Below are positions 8,993 through 21,915 of a stretch of 37,412 nt of DNA, one piece after another. The stretch is from NCBI GenBank assembly GCA_018819005.1, contig JAHJQU010000222.1, positions 1 through 37,412 of the forward strand, given 5' to 3'. The stretch is from Pseudomonadota bacterium (GTDB lineage: Bacteria > Desulfobacterota > Desulfobacteria > Desulfobacterales > RPRI01). The notes beneath the pieces are model-generated. The model was not told the DNA's origin, made no database searches, and was given only the letters and a program-made list of their open reading frames with translations. How positions within the stretch are numbered: the stretch's first letter is position 1; every line of letters starts with the position of its first letter. Position numbers and translations under genes: made by a program.

Positions 8993-11900
8993 ATGAAACT
9001 TAAATCGCTGGACATAAGCGGATTTAAATCTTTTCAGGACAAGGCAAGTATTGAATTCCCTCCCGGTATCTGTGCAATAGTTGGTCCGAATGGATGCGGT
9101 AAGAGCAATATTGTTGATGCGCTAAGATGGGTTATGGGCGAACAAAGCGTCAAACAACTGCGCGGTAAATCTATGGAAGACGTCATATTCGCAGGCGCAA
9201 ACGGAAAACCTCCATTGAATATGGCCGAAGTAACCCTCACGCTTGCAAACGACAATGGATCTGCACCGGAAGAGTTAAAAGATTTTACGGAAATAATGCT
9301 GACAAGACGCCTTTACCGCTCAGGCGAAAGCGCATATTATTTAAATAAAAGGCTCTGCCGTCTTAAAGATATCCACAATATTTTCATGGGCAGCGGCCTT
9401 GGCCCTAAATCATATTCGGTAATCCAGCAGGGCAACATCGGTGCAATTATCGACGCGGGGCCTGAAGAAAGAAGATTCTTCATAGAAGAAGCTGCCGGAA
9501 TAACCCGTTATAACAGTCGTAAAAATGAGGCCCTCAGAAAGGTTGAAGCAACAAATCAGAATCTTATTCGGGTAACAGATATAATTTCCGAAATCAACCG
9601 GCATATGGCAGGATTAAAGCGTCAGGCCAGAAAGGCGGAGATTTACAAAAGCGTTCAGGATCGCATCAGGAAGCTGGACACCTGTATTACCATTTACCAG
9701 TATGACGAACATACAAGACAGATTAATGAAACCGAAGCAATATTAAAAAATCTGGAAGATACAGATATAGGGCATATTTCGAAACTGCAGAAACTTGATG
9801 CTGTTGTAGAAGAAATAAAGCTGAAGTTGTCTCAGAAAAATCACGAAATATCCGGCCAGAAATCGAGCATATTTGAAATACAGAGAAATACGGACCGATT
9901 CGAAAATGACCTTCTATATCTGCGCAAGGAAGTCGAACGGCTTCTCTCGGAAGTTTCTGAACTCGAAACAGCGCGAACCGGACTTGATGAAAGAAGCGCT
10001 AAAATTCTCTCGGAAATATCCCAGGCTGAAAAGGAAATCCTTTCAGTTAATGACGAAATAAACATAACACGCTCTGGCCTCGATCAGGATCGCAACGCAT
10101 ATCAAAATATAAAACTCAAACTGTCAGACCTGAACTGGGAACTCGATGCATGCAAAACGAATATGATGAATCTTGTCGCCCATGAAGCAAGGTATAAAAA
10201 CATCTATCAAAACGCTTCAAACAACAAGGAAAATCTTAAAAGGCGGCTGAAAAGAGCGGATGAAGAATTGGTTGTTGCCGCACAAAAGGTTACAGAAACG
10301 TCCGGTTTGGAGGTTGGCGCAAAAGAGAACATTGAGTCTTGCAGACAGTGCCTTGATAAAATCGGAAAAGAAATAAATTCAGTCGAACAGAGGCTTACAG
10401 ATAAAAGAAAGTCGCTTGGAAACCAGGTAAAGCTGGTACAGACACTCGAAATGGATAGAAATAAACTCAGGTCAAATTATACAGCCTTAAAGAAAATGGA
10501 AGATAATTTCGAGTGGTATAAAGACGGCGTTAAAACCATCATGAAAAGCAGGAGCGTGCAGAAAGGGCTTGAAGGCAACATTGTTGATGGTATTATAGGG
10601 CTCATGGCCGATATTCTTGAACCTGAACCTTCCTTTGAAACCGCAGTAGAGGCTGCCCTTGGAGAATCACTCCAGTACATTATTGTAAATGATCAGAATA
10701 CCGGTAAATCTCTGATAAAATTTCTGCAACGCCAGGGAGCCGGACGCAGCGGATTCATTCCCATATCATCCCTTAAGAAACTTGAATGCGAACACTACTC
10801 AAAACCCGATTCTTCAAAACTGCTGATAAACCACGTGACTGTTAAAGCCGGTTATGAAAAAACGGTGGAAACCCTTATCGGGCATGTTATTTTCTCCGAG
10901 GATATTAATGAAGCGCTTGAAACATTCAACGCTAATGGATCTTTTCAAACGGTTGTCACTAAAAATGGTGAGGTTATTTCCCACAATGGCACTATGGCGG
11001 GCGGAAGCAAAGAAGCTTCTTCGGGTATCCTTGCGAAAAAACATGAAATCAAAGAGCTTGAAAAACAAATATCAGAGCTTGATCTGGATCTTGAAACCGC
11101 CCGTGCTGCCCAGAAGGCGCTGGAATCAGAAGTAAAGTCTTTCGAAATAACCCTGCAAAAACTCATGGAACAAAAACATGTGGCAGTTCAGGATGAAATT
11201 GAGGCCGAAAAATACCTTTACAAGATATCTGAAGATTTAAAACATGCGCGCCATCATCTTGAAATTGTGCAACTCGAACAGGAACAACTGATAGGCGAGC
11301 GAAGCGACATTGATGAAGAAATAGCAAAATATAATGAAGCCCTGGCGAAAGTTGAAAGCGAGGTTTCAGATGCAAAAGAAAAGGTTACGGTGATTTCCGA
11401 AAAGATAACAACTGCATCATCTGCGCTTGCAGATTACGATCAGAAAGTTGTAGATCTTAAATTAAAGCTCACAACACTCAATGCCAGGCTGGAAAACGGA
11501 AACAATTCACTCAATCGCCTTAAAGATTATTATAATGACGGAATCGGCCGGCTGCAAATCCTTGCGCAGGAGATATCACAAAAAACCGGTAAAATTGAAG
11601 CATCGAAGATCAAGCTTGTTGAAAATGAACAGGCTCTTCACGGTATGTACAACCGAATATCAATTTTAAAGCAAGCTCTTGAAAACAATGAGGCTGATTA
11701 CAACACCATAGACGTTACACTCAAAGAACACGACAGTCTGATTACAAATGTCAGGAATGAGCGTGAACAGACTTTGCAAAAATTGCGACTGCTTGAAATC
11801 GAGCAATCCCAGCGGCAGATACAGAGGGAAAACATTTCGAAGCGTTTTGAGGAGCGCTATCAAAGCCTTCTTTCGGAAGCGGAGTCTATACCCGATTTCG

Positions 11901-12586
11901 CCGTTGATAATCCTGAAATGGCAATTACCGGGATGGAAGAAGAACTGGAACGGTGCAGAAAAAAAATCGGAGATTTTACAGATGTTAACCTTGGCGCAAT
12001 AAAAGAATACGAACAACTCAAAGAACGCTTTGATTTCCTCTCCAGGCAGCGCGATGACCTTGTCAAAGCCATTGAAGATCTCCACAAGGTCATAAGAAAA
12101 ATAAATAAAATATCTCAGGAAAGATTTTTAAACACATTCAATGAAGTTAATAAAAAAATCGGTGAGGTCTTTCCAGGTCTTTTTGAAGGAGGCACGGCCA
12201 ATCTTATTCTGACCGAACCCGACAAGCCTCTAGAAACAGGAGTTGAATATATGATTCATCCGCCCGGTAAAAAACTGACAAGGATGAGCCTTCTTTCAGG
12301 AGGAGAAAAAGCCCTTGCCGCCATAGTTTTTGTATTTGCGATATTCCTTCTGAAGCCGGCCTCTTTCTGTGTGATGGATGAAATAGACGCGTCTCTTGAT
12401 GACTCAAATGTTTACAGGTTCAATAACCTTCTGAAAATCATAGGCGCTAAATCTCAGATTGTAATGATTACTCACAATAAAAACAGCATGGAATTTGCTG
12501 ATATGCTATTTGGAATAACAATGGAACACATGGGTGTTTCAAAGGTTGTTTCGGTCAACCTTGAAAGAACAAAGGGGGATATGTAA
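8993..12586 (+). CDS. smc: Chromosome segregation protein SMC
   Basis: MKLKSL..GFKSF, Walker A GPNGCGKSN, long coiled coils, hinge, LSGGEK, MDEIDASLD. AGGAGG upstream; ATG 8993 preferred over GTG 8942. Confidence 0.97.
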   Translation: MKLKSLDISGFKSFQDKASIEFPPGICAIVGPNGCGKSNIVDALRWVMGEQSVKQLRGKSMEDVIFAGANGKPPLNMAEVTLTLANDNGSAPEELKDFTEIMLTRRLYRSGESAYYLNKRLCRLKDIHNIFMGSGLGPKSYSVIQQGNIGAIIDAGPEERRFFIEEAAGITRYNSRKNEALRKVEATNQNLIRVTDIISEINRHMAGLKRQARKAEIYKSVQDRIRKLDTCITIYQYDEHTRQINETEAILKNLEDTDIGHISKLQKLDAVVEEIKLKLSQKNHEISGQKSSIFEIQRNTDRFENDLLYLRKEVERLLSEVSELETARTGLDERSAKILSEISQAEKEILSVNDEINITRSGLDQDRNAYQNIKLKLSDLNWELDACKTNMMNLVAHEARYKNIYQNASNNKENLKRRLKRADEELVVAAQKVTETSGLEVGAKENIESCRQCLDKIGKEINSVEQRLTDKRKSLGNQVKLVQTLEMDRNKLRSNYTALKKMEDNFEWYKDGVKTIMKSRSVQKGLEGNIVDGIIGLMADILEPEPSFETAVEAALGESLQYIIVNDQNTGKSLIKFLQRQGAGRSGFIPISSLKKLECEHYSKPDSSKLLINHVTVKAGYEKTVETLIGHVIFSEDINEALETFNANGSFQTVVTKNGEVISHNGTMAGGSKEASSGILAKKHEIKELEKQISELDLDLETARAAQKALESEVKSFEITLQKLMEQKHVAVQDEIEAEKYLYKISEDLKHARHHLEIVQLEQEQLIGERSDIDEEIAKYNEALAKVESEVSDAKEKVTVISEKITTASSALADYDQKVVDLKLKLTTLNARLENGNNSLNRLKDYYNDGIGRLQILAQEISQKTGKIEASKIKLVENEQALHGMYNRISILKQALENNEADYNTIDVTLKEHDSLITNVRNEREQTLQKLRLLEIEQSQRQIQRENISKRFEERYQSLLSEAESIPDFAVDNPEMAITGMEEELERCRKKIGDFTDVNLGAIKEYEQLKERFDFLSRQRDDLVKAIEDLHKVIRKINKISQERFLNTFNEVNKKIGEVFPGLFEGGTANLILTEPDKPLETGVEYMIHPPGKKLTRMSLLSGGEKALAAIVFVFAIFLLKPASFCVMDEIDASLDDSNVYRFNNLLKIIGAKSQIVMITHNKNSMEFADMLFGITMEHMGVSKVVSVNLERTKGDM

Positions 12587-12620
12587 TGAAGGCCTATATT
12601 AATGGCGCCCGGAGACAAAT

Positions 12621-13589
12621 ATGACGTTCGGATGGTTTAAAAGAAAAAATGATTCGGAAGAAGTAACGGATGATTCATCAGATTCACTAAACTACTTTAA
12701 ACGCCTTAAAGAACGCCTTTCAAAAACCCGGGACATCTTTTCAGGAGGGATTGAAAAGATTTTTTCAGGTAAAAACCATATCAATGATAACCTGCTGGAA
12801 GAGCTTGAAGAGCTTCTTATCACTTCCGACATCGGTGTTCAGACTGCTACCGACCTTATACGATGCGTATCCGGAAAATCTTCTGCGATCTCAGGACCGG
12901 ATCAAATCAAAGATATTCTGAAAAATGAAATAATCCGGCTTTTTAACGGCAATGCTCAACGTCCGAAGGCGCCGGTCAGCAAGCCACACGTAATCATGGT
13001 CGTTGGGGTCAACGGTGTCGGTAAAACCACGACCATAGGAAAGCTCGCGACAAAATTCGCTGCTTCAGGAAACAGAGTCCTTATCGCGGCGGCAGACACC
13101 TTCCGTGCCGCAGCAGTTGAACAGCTTTCCATATGGGCGGAGCGAGCCGGAGCCGAAATTGTAAAACACAAGGATAACGCCGATCCTGCAGCTGTAGCAT
13201 ATGACGGGATCGAAGCGGCTTTGGCAAGAAATATCGATGTTGTTATTGTCGATACTGCCGGGAGGCTTCATACAAAAACAAACCTGATGGAAGAGCTTAA
13301 AAAAATAAAACGCTCCATTTCAAAAAAAATCCCGGATGCACCTCATGAAATACTTCTTGTGCTTGATGCCACAACCGGGCAGAATTCCATATCACAGGCA
13401 AAACTTTTCAACGAAGCGCTTGGAGTAACAGGCATAGCGCTTACAAAACTTGACGGAACAGCCAAAGGCGGGATCGTCATCAGCATATGCAATACCTTTA
13501 AATTACCGATCCAGTACATCGGGATTGGCGAAAGCATTGATGATCTGCAGGAATTTGACCCGGTGGTTTTCGTCAAAGCTCTTTTTTAA
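12621..13589 (+). CDS. ftsY: Signal recognition particle receptor FtsY
   Basis: GVNGVGKTTTIGKLA, DTFRAAA, DTAGR, TKLDGTAKGG; conserved smc-ftsY order. Confidence 0.97.
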   Translation: MTFGWFKRKNDSEEVTDDSSDSLNYFKRLKERLSKTRDIFSGGIEKIFSGKNHINDNLLEELEELLITSDIGVQTATDLIRCVSGKSSAISGPDQIKDILKNEIIRLFNGNAQRPKAPVSKPHVIMVVGVNGVGKTTTIGKLATKFAASGNRVLIAAADTFRAAAVEQLSIWAERAGAEIVKHKDNADPAAVAYDGIEAALARNIDVVIVDTAGRLHTKTNLMEELKKIKRSISKKIPDAPHEILLVLDATTGQNSISQAKLFNEALGVTGIALTKLDGTAKGGIVISICNTFKLPIQYIGIGESIDDLQEFDPVVFVKALF

Positions 13590-13753
13590 CCTTACGTGAT
13601 TGCTGCTTCGCAATAGTCACCGGGCAACATAATAACAGTTTTTTTCTTTTCGTGTTAATATGATCTTCCATACAGGCATCGCGCAAGAGGCTGGCATGGC
13701 GCGGTTTAAGATAGATAGAGCCATAAAAAGTGTTGTTGGATGCTGATCTTCAC

Positions 13754-13780
13754 TTGACATCAATAAATTCCTGCTATATT
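13754..13780 (+). promoter_or_regulatory. Possible sigma70 promoter for the HU gene
   Basis: TTGACA followed by TGcTATATT (extended -10), but the spacer is only 15 bp. Confidence 0.4.
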
Positions 13781-13839
13781 GGCAGGGGGAAAGAGGATGT
13801 TCATTATTAACCAAAAAAATCAAAAGGGGGAAAAGCACT

Positions 13840-14112
13840 ATGACAAAAGCAGAATTGGTAGACAAAGCAGCACAGGATGCCGGCATTCCCAAAGTCGCAG
13901 CGGCAGCAGTTCTAAACTCTTTCATGGACAGCATTTCAAAAACTCTTAAGAAAAAAGACGGCAAGGTTACTCTCGTTGGTTTTGGCACTTTTACAAAAGT
14001 CCGCCGTAAAGCCCGAAAAGGCCGCAATCCTCAGACAGGTGCGCCCATCAAAATCAAAGCTTGCACCGTTGTTAAATTCAGACCGGCAAGAATCTCAAAG
14101 GTTAAGATCTAA
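13840..14112 (+). CDS. hup: DNA-binding protein HU
   Basis: MTKAELV..., VTLVGFGTF, RKARKGRNPQTG. The C-terminal few residues are atypical (see findings). Confidence 0.93.
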   Translation: MTKAELVDKAAQDAGIPKVAAAAVLNSFMDSISKTLKKKDGKVTLVGFGTFTKVRRKARKGRNPQTGAPIKIKACTVVKFRPARISKVKI

Positions 14113-14126
14113 TTTCAATCCACTTT

Positions 14127-14176
14127 AAGGCGGTTTGTTTTTTAAGTTTAAAACAAAAAACAGGCCGCCTTTTTTT
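14127..14176. terminator. Probable bidirectional terminator between convergent HU and acylphosphatase genes
   Basis: AAGGCGGTTTGTTTTTT...AAAAAACAGGCCGCCTTTTTTT. Confidence 0.75.
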
Positions 14177-14462
14177 ATCCAAACCTTATATCAAATCCTT
14201 CAAATTCGCCGGAATAAGAATCCTGTTCAACGTCAACCCTCACAACTCTCGAATAGGGTGGGCCTTTTTTGCACCATTCAATCACTGAAGCTATATCACT
14301 CATTTCTCCTTCAAAAACAGCTTCAACTGTCCCATCCCTGTTATTCCTTACCCATCCGCAGACATTAAACCTATCAGCAACCCGTTTAGTCTCCATCCTG
14401 AAGCAAACGCCCTGGACTTTACCGGCAATTATAACACAAGATCTTATCTTGTCGGACGACAT
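14175..14462 (-). CDS. acyP: Acylphosphatase
   Basis: GKVQGVCFR, GWVRNNRDGTVE, WCKKGPP; a GGAGG RBS supports ATG 14462. Confidence 0.93.
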   Translation of the reverse strand: MSSDKIRSCVIIAGKVQGVCFRMETKRVADRFNVCGWVRNNRDGTVEAVFEGEMSDIASVIEWCKKGPPYSRVVRVDVEQDSYSGEFEGFDIRFG

Positions 14463-14563
14463 ATGTATTTCCTCCATGAGACCTCTGTATAACACACCGT
14501 TAAAGACCGGTCGACCCCTTCTTCAATCTTTTCCTTAAAATATGGCAAGAGGAGATTGATCAA

Positions 14564-17316
<2,753 letters not shown>

Positions 17317-17411
17317 GCATTAAACCCCGTCGGCAGAAAACGGAACATATTGAAAATTCTTCATGGAAGGCTGCCGGCAACCTTAAGATCTTTTATTGAA
17401 ACCCCCGGTAT

Positions 17412-17663
17412 TTAACGGGGGCCGGCAAGCTTTGACAACTCATCCTTCACTTCATCAATTATATCGTAGAACCACATGAGGTCTTCTATTGTAAGGCGGC
17501 CCGCCTTTCGCTGGCTCTCATTTCCGTCTTTTTTAACAAATACCCTGGGGCCTATCTGAAGCTTCGGCTCACCGGCGCCGTATCTGTTTATGGAAACAAC
17601 AAGACCCGTTTCCTCACACTTCCACTCTTTAAGTATTTTATCCATCTCGGGATCAAAAGGCAT
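17412..17663 (-). CDS. Hypothetical 83-aa protein (possibly PC4-like beta-sheet + helix)
   Basis: Clean ORF filling the operon gap with an AAGGAG RBS; protein-like composition. Confidence 0.8.
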   Translation of the reverse strand: MPFDPEMDKILKEWKCEETGLVVSINRYGAGEPKLQIGPRVFVKKDGNESQRKAGRLTIEDLMWFYDIIDEVKDELSKLAGPR

Positions 17664-17709
17664 TTTATACTCCTTATTTCAAGTTATAATATGTTCATAT
17701 CTGACGGCT

Positions 17710-19794
17710 TCATATTTTTGAAAAATCTGCAAACAAATCGAAAAGATCGGATATACATCCAAGCAGGGCAAGCCGGTTGTTTCTAATATTTATATCTTTG
17801 GCCATTACAAGCACCCCGTCAAAAAAAGCATCAACAGGTTTTTTCAGAGCTGCAATATCAAGAAGAGCCTGATCAAAAGCTCCGTTTTCCAGATTCTTCA
17901 GGATACTGCTATTAACATTTTTGTAAGAAGTAAACAGAGCTGACTCGCATTCATGTTCAAACAATTTCTCGTTGACACCGGCAATCCCCTTGACGCTTAC
18001 TTCATGCCCGGATTTTCTGATTATATTTACAACTCTTTTAAAGGCGCTCGCAAGAGGTTCAAAATCAGGAGCTGCTTTCAGTTTTTCCAGCGCCTTTATC
18101 CGGCTCCAGACATCAGGCACAATATTTACCGAAGCGCCCATTACAGCAGAGATAACAGCCCTGGAATAACCCTGTTCGGAAAGAAGATGCGACATTCGGC
18201 TTTGCAGGAAACCGTAAACCTTGTCCGCGCTGTCACTTGTTTCACCTGTCATTTTGGTATCAAAGAGCGACAGACTTTTTTCAACAAGGGCTCTTAATGA
18301 AAAAGAAAAGCTCTTATCTATTATTATTTGAATTATACCAATACCCTGGCGCCTTAACGCATAAGGATCGGAAGCTCCGGTAGGAATGAGCCCTGCTGAA
18401 AAACAGCCGCATATTGAATCAATCTTATCGGCAATGCCGACTATTGCTCCAACCAACGTTTCAGGAAGAGATCCGCCTGAATAGTTTGGCCTGTAATGCT
18501 CTTCAATGGCAGAAGCAAGGTCTTTCGACTCACCGCCGTTTATTGCATAGATTCTGCCCATGATGCCCTGCAGTTTAGGAAATTCGCCAACAACCCGACT
18601 GACAAGGTCTGCTTTGCACAAGCGGGCAGCTCTTAAAGCCTGCCTTTTGATTTCAGGATCATCAGACACTTTATCTGCCAGATATCCTGCTATTTTTTCA
18701 ACTCTTTCAATTTTTTCATGCATTGAACCGAGCTTCGCCTGAAACAGAACTCCTTTTAGTTTTTCGACCCATTCATCAATAGGCACTTTTGCGTCACTTC
18801 TGTAAAAAAACCTTGCATCTTCAAGCCGCGCTCTCAAAACACGCTCATGCCCCTTTGCAACGAGCGACATGTTGTTGGCTTTTGTATTATTTACAGCTAT
18901 AAAACACGGCATAAGACGCTTGCTGCCGTCAACTACCGCAAAATATTTCTGATGCTCCCGCATGGAATTAATTAATATTTCATCGGGAACTTCGAGATAC
19001 GACTTGTCAAATCTACCGGCAACAGGCACGGGATATTCAACAAGGTTCGTCACTATATCCACAAGTTCGCTGTCTTGCAAAACGCTCCCGCCCAGCTTTA
19101 AAGCAACTTCCCCGATAAGCTTTTCAATATTTGCTTTTCGCTCATCTATATCCGCAATGACACTGGCTGTTCTCAATTTATCAAGATATTCGTCCGGGTG
19201 GGATATTTTTATTCTTCCGGGAGATAAAAATCTGTGGCCGAAAGTATATCTTCCGCTTTTAATATTACCTGCTTCAAACGGTACAACCTGTTTGCCGAGA
19301 AGAGCTAAAACCGATTGGATAGGTCTTGCAAATTTAATATCGAGGTCACCCCACTTCATGACTTTGGGGAAAGGAACATCTGCAATTACCTGTGGAAGCA
19401 ATTTAGTTAAAACAGCTCTGCTTTCAAGACCGGTTTCTGTTTTAACAGCGCAAAGATACGACCCTTTGTCAGTCTGCTTTATGCATATTGCCTTTAAGGG
19501 AATACCCATCTTTTCCGCAAATTTTCTCCCGGCCATCGTCGGCTGACCGTTGCCGTCAAATCCCACTTTTTCGGGGGGGCCGATAATTTCAGTGGTAAGG
19601 GGTTTTTGCTTCGTCGAAATATTCGCGACCTGAAGGGAAAGCCTTCTTGGAGTTCCAAATGTCTTTGCTTCCCCGTACTCAATCCTCTCCTCTGACAATT
19701 TCCGCAAAAGAACTTCCGTCATCGCATTTAAAGCGGGTTTTATATAACCGGCAGGAATTTCTTCCGTGCCTATTTCAAGCAATAGAGTCTCCAT
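17710..19794 (-). CDS. glyS: Glycyl-tRNA synthetase beta subunit
   Basis: LLLEIGTEEIP, TPRRL, MKWG..KFARPI, EFPKLQGIMG, SDPYALRR. A GAGGTG RBS supports ATG 19794. Confidence 0.97.
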   Translation of the reverse strand: METLLLEIGTEEIPAGYIKPALNAMTEVLLRKLSEERIEYGEAKTFGTPRRLSLQVANISTKQKPLTTEIIGPPEKVGFDGNGQPTMAGRKFAEKMGIPLKAICIKQTDKGSYLCAVKTETGLESRAVLTKLLPQVIADVPFPKVMKWGDLDIKFARPIQSVLALLGKQVVPFEAGNIKSGRYTFGHRFLSPGRIKISHPDEYLDKLRTASVIADIDERKANIEKLIGEVALKLGGSVLQDSELVDIVTNLVEYPVPVAGRFDKSYLEVPDEILINSMREHQKYFAVVDGSKRLMPCFIAVNNTKANNMSLVAKGHERVLRARLEDARFFYRSDAKVPIDEWVEKLKGVLFQAKLGSMHEKIERVEKIAGYLADKVSDDPEIKRQALRAARLCKADLVSRVVGEFPKLQGIMGRIYAINGGESKDLASAIEEHYRPNYSGGSLPETLVGAIVGIADKIDSICGCFSAGLIPTGASDPYALRRQGIGIIQIIIDKSFSFSLRALVEKSLSLFDTKMTGETSDSADKVYGFLQSRMSHLLSEQGYSRAVISAVMGASVNIVPDVWSRIKALEKLKAAPDFEPLASAFKRVVNIIRKSGHEVSVKGIAGVNEKLFEHECESALFTSYKNVNSSILKNLENGAFDQALLDIAALKKPVDAFFDGVLVMAKDINIRNNRLALLGCISDLFDLFADFSKI

Positions 19795-19842
19795 ATTCAC
19801 CTCAATTCTAAAAAATACAGAATCCGTTAAATCAATCAAATA

Positions 19843-19915
19843 TGATATCTTCCCTCACCTCGTGCCGGGGCTTAATCGCCCTCGGCCTGCTGATAGACTT
19901 TTTACGAGTCCATCA
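19843..19915 (+). mobile_element. MITE family AB, cargo B, internally deleted copy (73 bp)
   Basis: TGATATCTTC left end joined directly to CCTCAC..GCCGGGGCTTAATCGCCCTCGGCC..GACTTTTTACGAGTCCATCA; flanked by AATA/AATA. Confidence 0.8.
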
Positions 19916-20800
19916 AATATCATTTTGTTTGAGTGTTTGTAAAAGCGGAAATCCCATGACCTCTCTCTGCTTTAAATAACCTTCTGCACATGCCCGCGCA
20001 AGATTTCTGATCCGCGCAATGTAACCGGTTCTTTCAGTAACACTAATGGCTCCGCGTGCATCAAGAAGATTAAAGGTGTGGGAACACTTTAAGCAGTATT
20101 CATAAGCCGGGAGTATAAGCGATTCTCCGATTATACGCATTGATTCGGCTTCGTATCTGGTAAAAAGATCCAGCAGGAAATTAATATCAGCCTTTTCAAA
20201 ATTATAAGTGGACTGCTCAACCTCCTGCTGGTGATGCACATCACCATATTTTATCACATCATTCCATTTCAGGTCATAAACATTGTCGACATCCTGGAGA
20301 TACATCGCAATCCGTTCAAGACCGTATGTTATCTCAACTGAAATGGGATGAAGGTCTATGCTTCCGGCAAGCTGAAAGTATGTAAACTGGGTTATTTCCA
20401 TTCCGTCAAGCCATACCTCCCATCCGAGACCTGAAGCCCCAAGGGTTGGAGATTCCCAGTCATCTTCAACAAACCTTATATCATGATCAAGAGGTTTAAT
20501 TCCAAGAGCCTTCAGACTCTTAAGATACTGCTGCTGAACGTCGAGTGGTGAAGGTTTTAGTATTACCTGGAACTGATAGTAATGCTGAAGCCTGTTGGGA
20601 TTTTCTCCATAACGGCCATCGGTAGGTCTTCTGGAGGGCTGGACATAAGCGACATTCCACGGCTCCGGCCCTAATGCCTTAAGCAGGGTTGCAGGATGAA
20701 AAGTCCCGGCGCCGACTTCCATGTCATATGGCTGGACCAGAACGCATCCCTTGCGGGCCCAGAATTTTTGCAACGACAGAATAACTTCCTGAAAATTCAT
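19913..20800 (-). CDS. glyQ: Glycyl-tRNA synthetase alpha subunit
   Basis: [55 protein letters not shown]. Confidence 0.99.
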   Translation of the reverse strand: MNFQEVILSLQKFWARKGCVLVQPYDMEVGAGTFHPATLLKALGPEPWNVAYVQPSRRPTDGRYGENPNRLQHYYQFQVILKPSPLDVQQQYLKSLKALGIKPLDHDIRFVEDDWESPTLGASGLGWEVWLDGMEITQFTYFQLAGSIDLHPISVEITYGLERIAMYLQDVDNVYDLKWNDVIKYGDVHHQQEVEQSTYNFEKADINFLLDLFTRYEAESMRIIGESLILPAYEYCLKCSHTFNLLDARGAISVTERTGYIARIRNLARACAEGYLKQREVMGFPLLQTLKQNDI

Positions 20801-20835
20801 GTTTCATACCTCATATGTAAAAATCAAATATACAG

Positions 20836-21903
20836 TTATTGTTTTACCGAAAGACCTTTATAATCTATACCGAATTCAAGCAAACCGGCCCCTTCCCTTC
20901 GCGATAATATCGATTCCCATCTGTCTTTCAATCTCTCAATATCACTGGCTTCACCAATGGCCCATATGCAGCCTCCACCTCCTGCGCCTGTAAATCTTGC
21001 TCCACATCCGTTTTTCCGGGCCGACATTATGAGTTTGCGCCCAATCTCATCCACAACATCCGGCGTCATGCTTCTTCTTATCGCGGTCTCCTGATTCATA
21101 AACGACGCAGCGTCATGGAATTTACGGTTTGATACCGCGTCAACAAACCTGCCTGTACACACAACTATTTCATCCCAGAGATCGCGGTATTTTCCGGAAA
21201 CAAACTGATTGACCCACTTGCCATTGATATTTTTTGATTCATGCGGAACGCCACAATATGCAAGAAGAATATTTTTTTCAAAATCATTTAAGAATTCCTT
21301 TTTAAATATGCTCTTTTTCACAAACCCGGGGCTTTTCGTTCCATCTTTCCAGAACCATGCATTCACCCCTCCAAACGCTGCAGCCAACTGATCCTGCAAT
21401 CCGCAAGGCACACCCGCGACACTCTGCTCAATTGCATGGGCAAGAAAAACGGCTTTCTGCCTCGAGAAGGATTTCTGCCCTGATTTTTCAGATATTTTTA
21501 AAAAACCCGCGACAAGGGCTACGGCTGCCGCCGAAGATCCTCCCAGAGCGCTTCTTGGCGGAGACGATGACTCAATTACAATATGGACTCCGTCTGCATT
21601 GAAAAACGACGAGATAGCAAATACAAGCCCTAGAGGGTGATTAAAAGGAGCTTTGCGCGAAGCAAACACCGTGCTCCTGAAACCCCGCGAAGAAACCTTG
21701 ATCTTCCCATCTTGAAATGGGAGAAGATAAATCCTTGTTCTTAAATCTATTGAGATATTAAAAGTGCATGGATTAAGGTGCATCAGGGGATAATAGAATG
21801 TACTTATATCCAGTGTTCCCCCCATATCTATCCGGCACGGAGCGGAAATTGCAATCTGTTCTGCCTTTATCAAATCTTTAAAATTATCCGGCATTGTATA
21901 CAT
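20836..21903 (-). CDS. GHMP-family sugar kinase (HddA/galactokinase-like)
   Basis: SAPCRIDMGGTLD, PPRSALGGSSA, GLQDQLAAAFGG, GARFTGAGGGG. Start at ATG 21903 or 21894; the ORF-track extension to 21972 is MITE sequence. Confidence 0.85.
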   Translation of the reverse strand: MYTMPDNFKDLIKAEQIAISAPCRIDMGGTLDISTFYYPLMHLNPCTFNISIDLRTRIYLLPFQDGKIKVSSRGFRSTVFASRKAPFNHPLGLVFAISSFFNADGVHIVIESSSPPRSALGGSSAAAVALVAGFLKISEKSGQKSFSRQKAVFLAHAIEQSVAGVPCGLQDQLAAAFGGVNAWFWKDGTKSPGFVKKSIFKKEFLNDFEKNILLAYCGVPHESKNINGKWVNQFVSGKYRDLWDEIVVCTGRFVDAVSNRKFHDAASFMNQETAIRRSMTPDVVDEIGRKLIMSARKNGCGARFTGAGGGGCIWAIGEASDIERLKDRWESILSRREGAGLLEFGIDYKGLSVKQ

Positions 21904-21915
21904 CCGAGTCAATTT

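Noticed and set aside
13676-13710. Possible sigma54 promoter upstream of HU (TGGCATGGCGCGG)
   Set aside because: No GC at the required -12 spacing.
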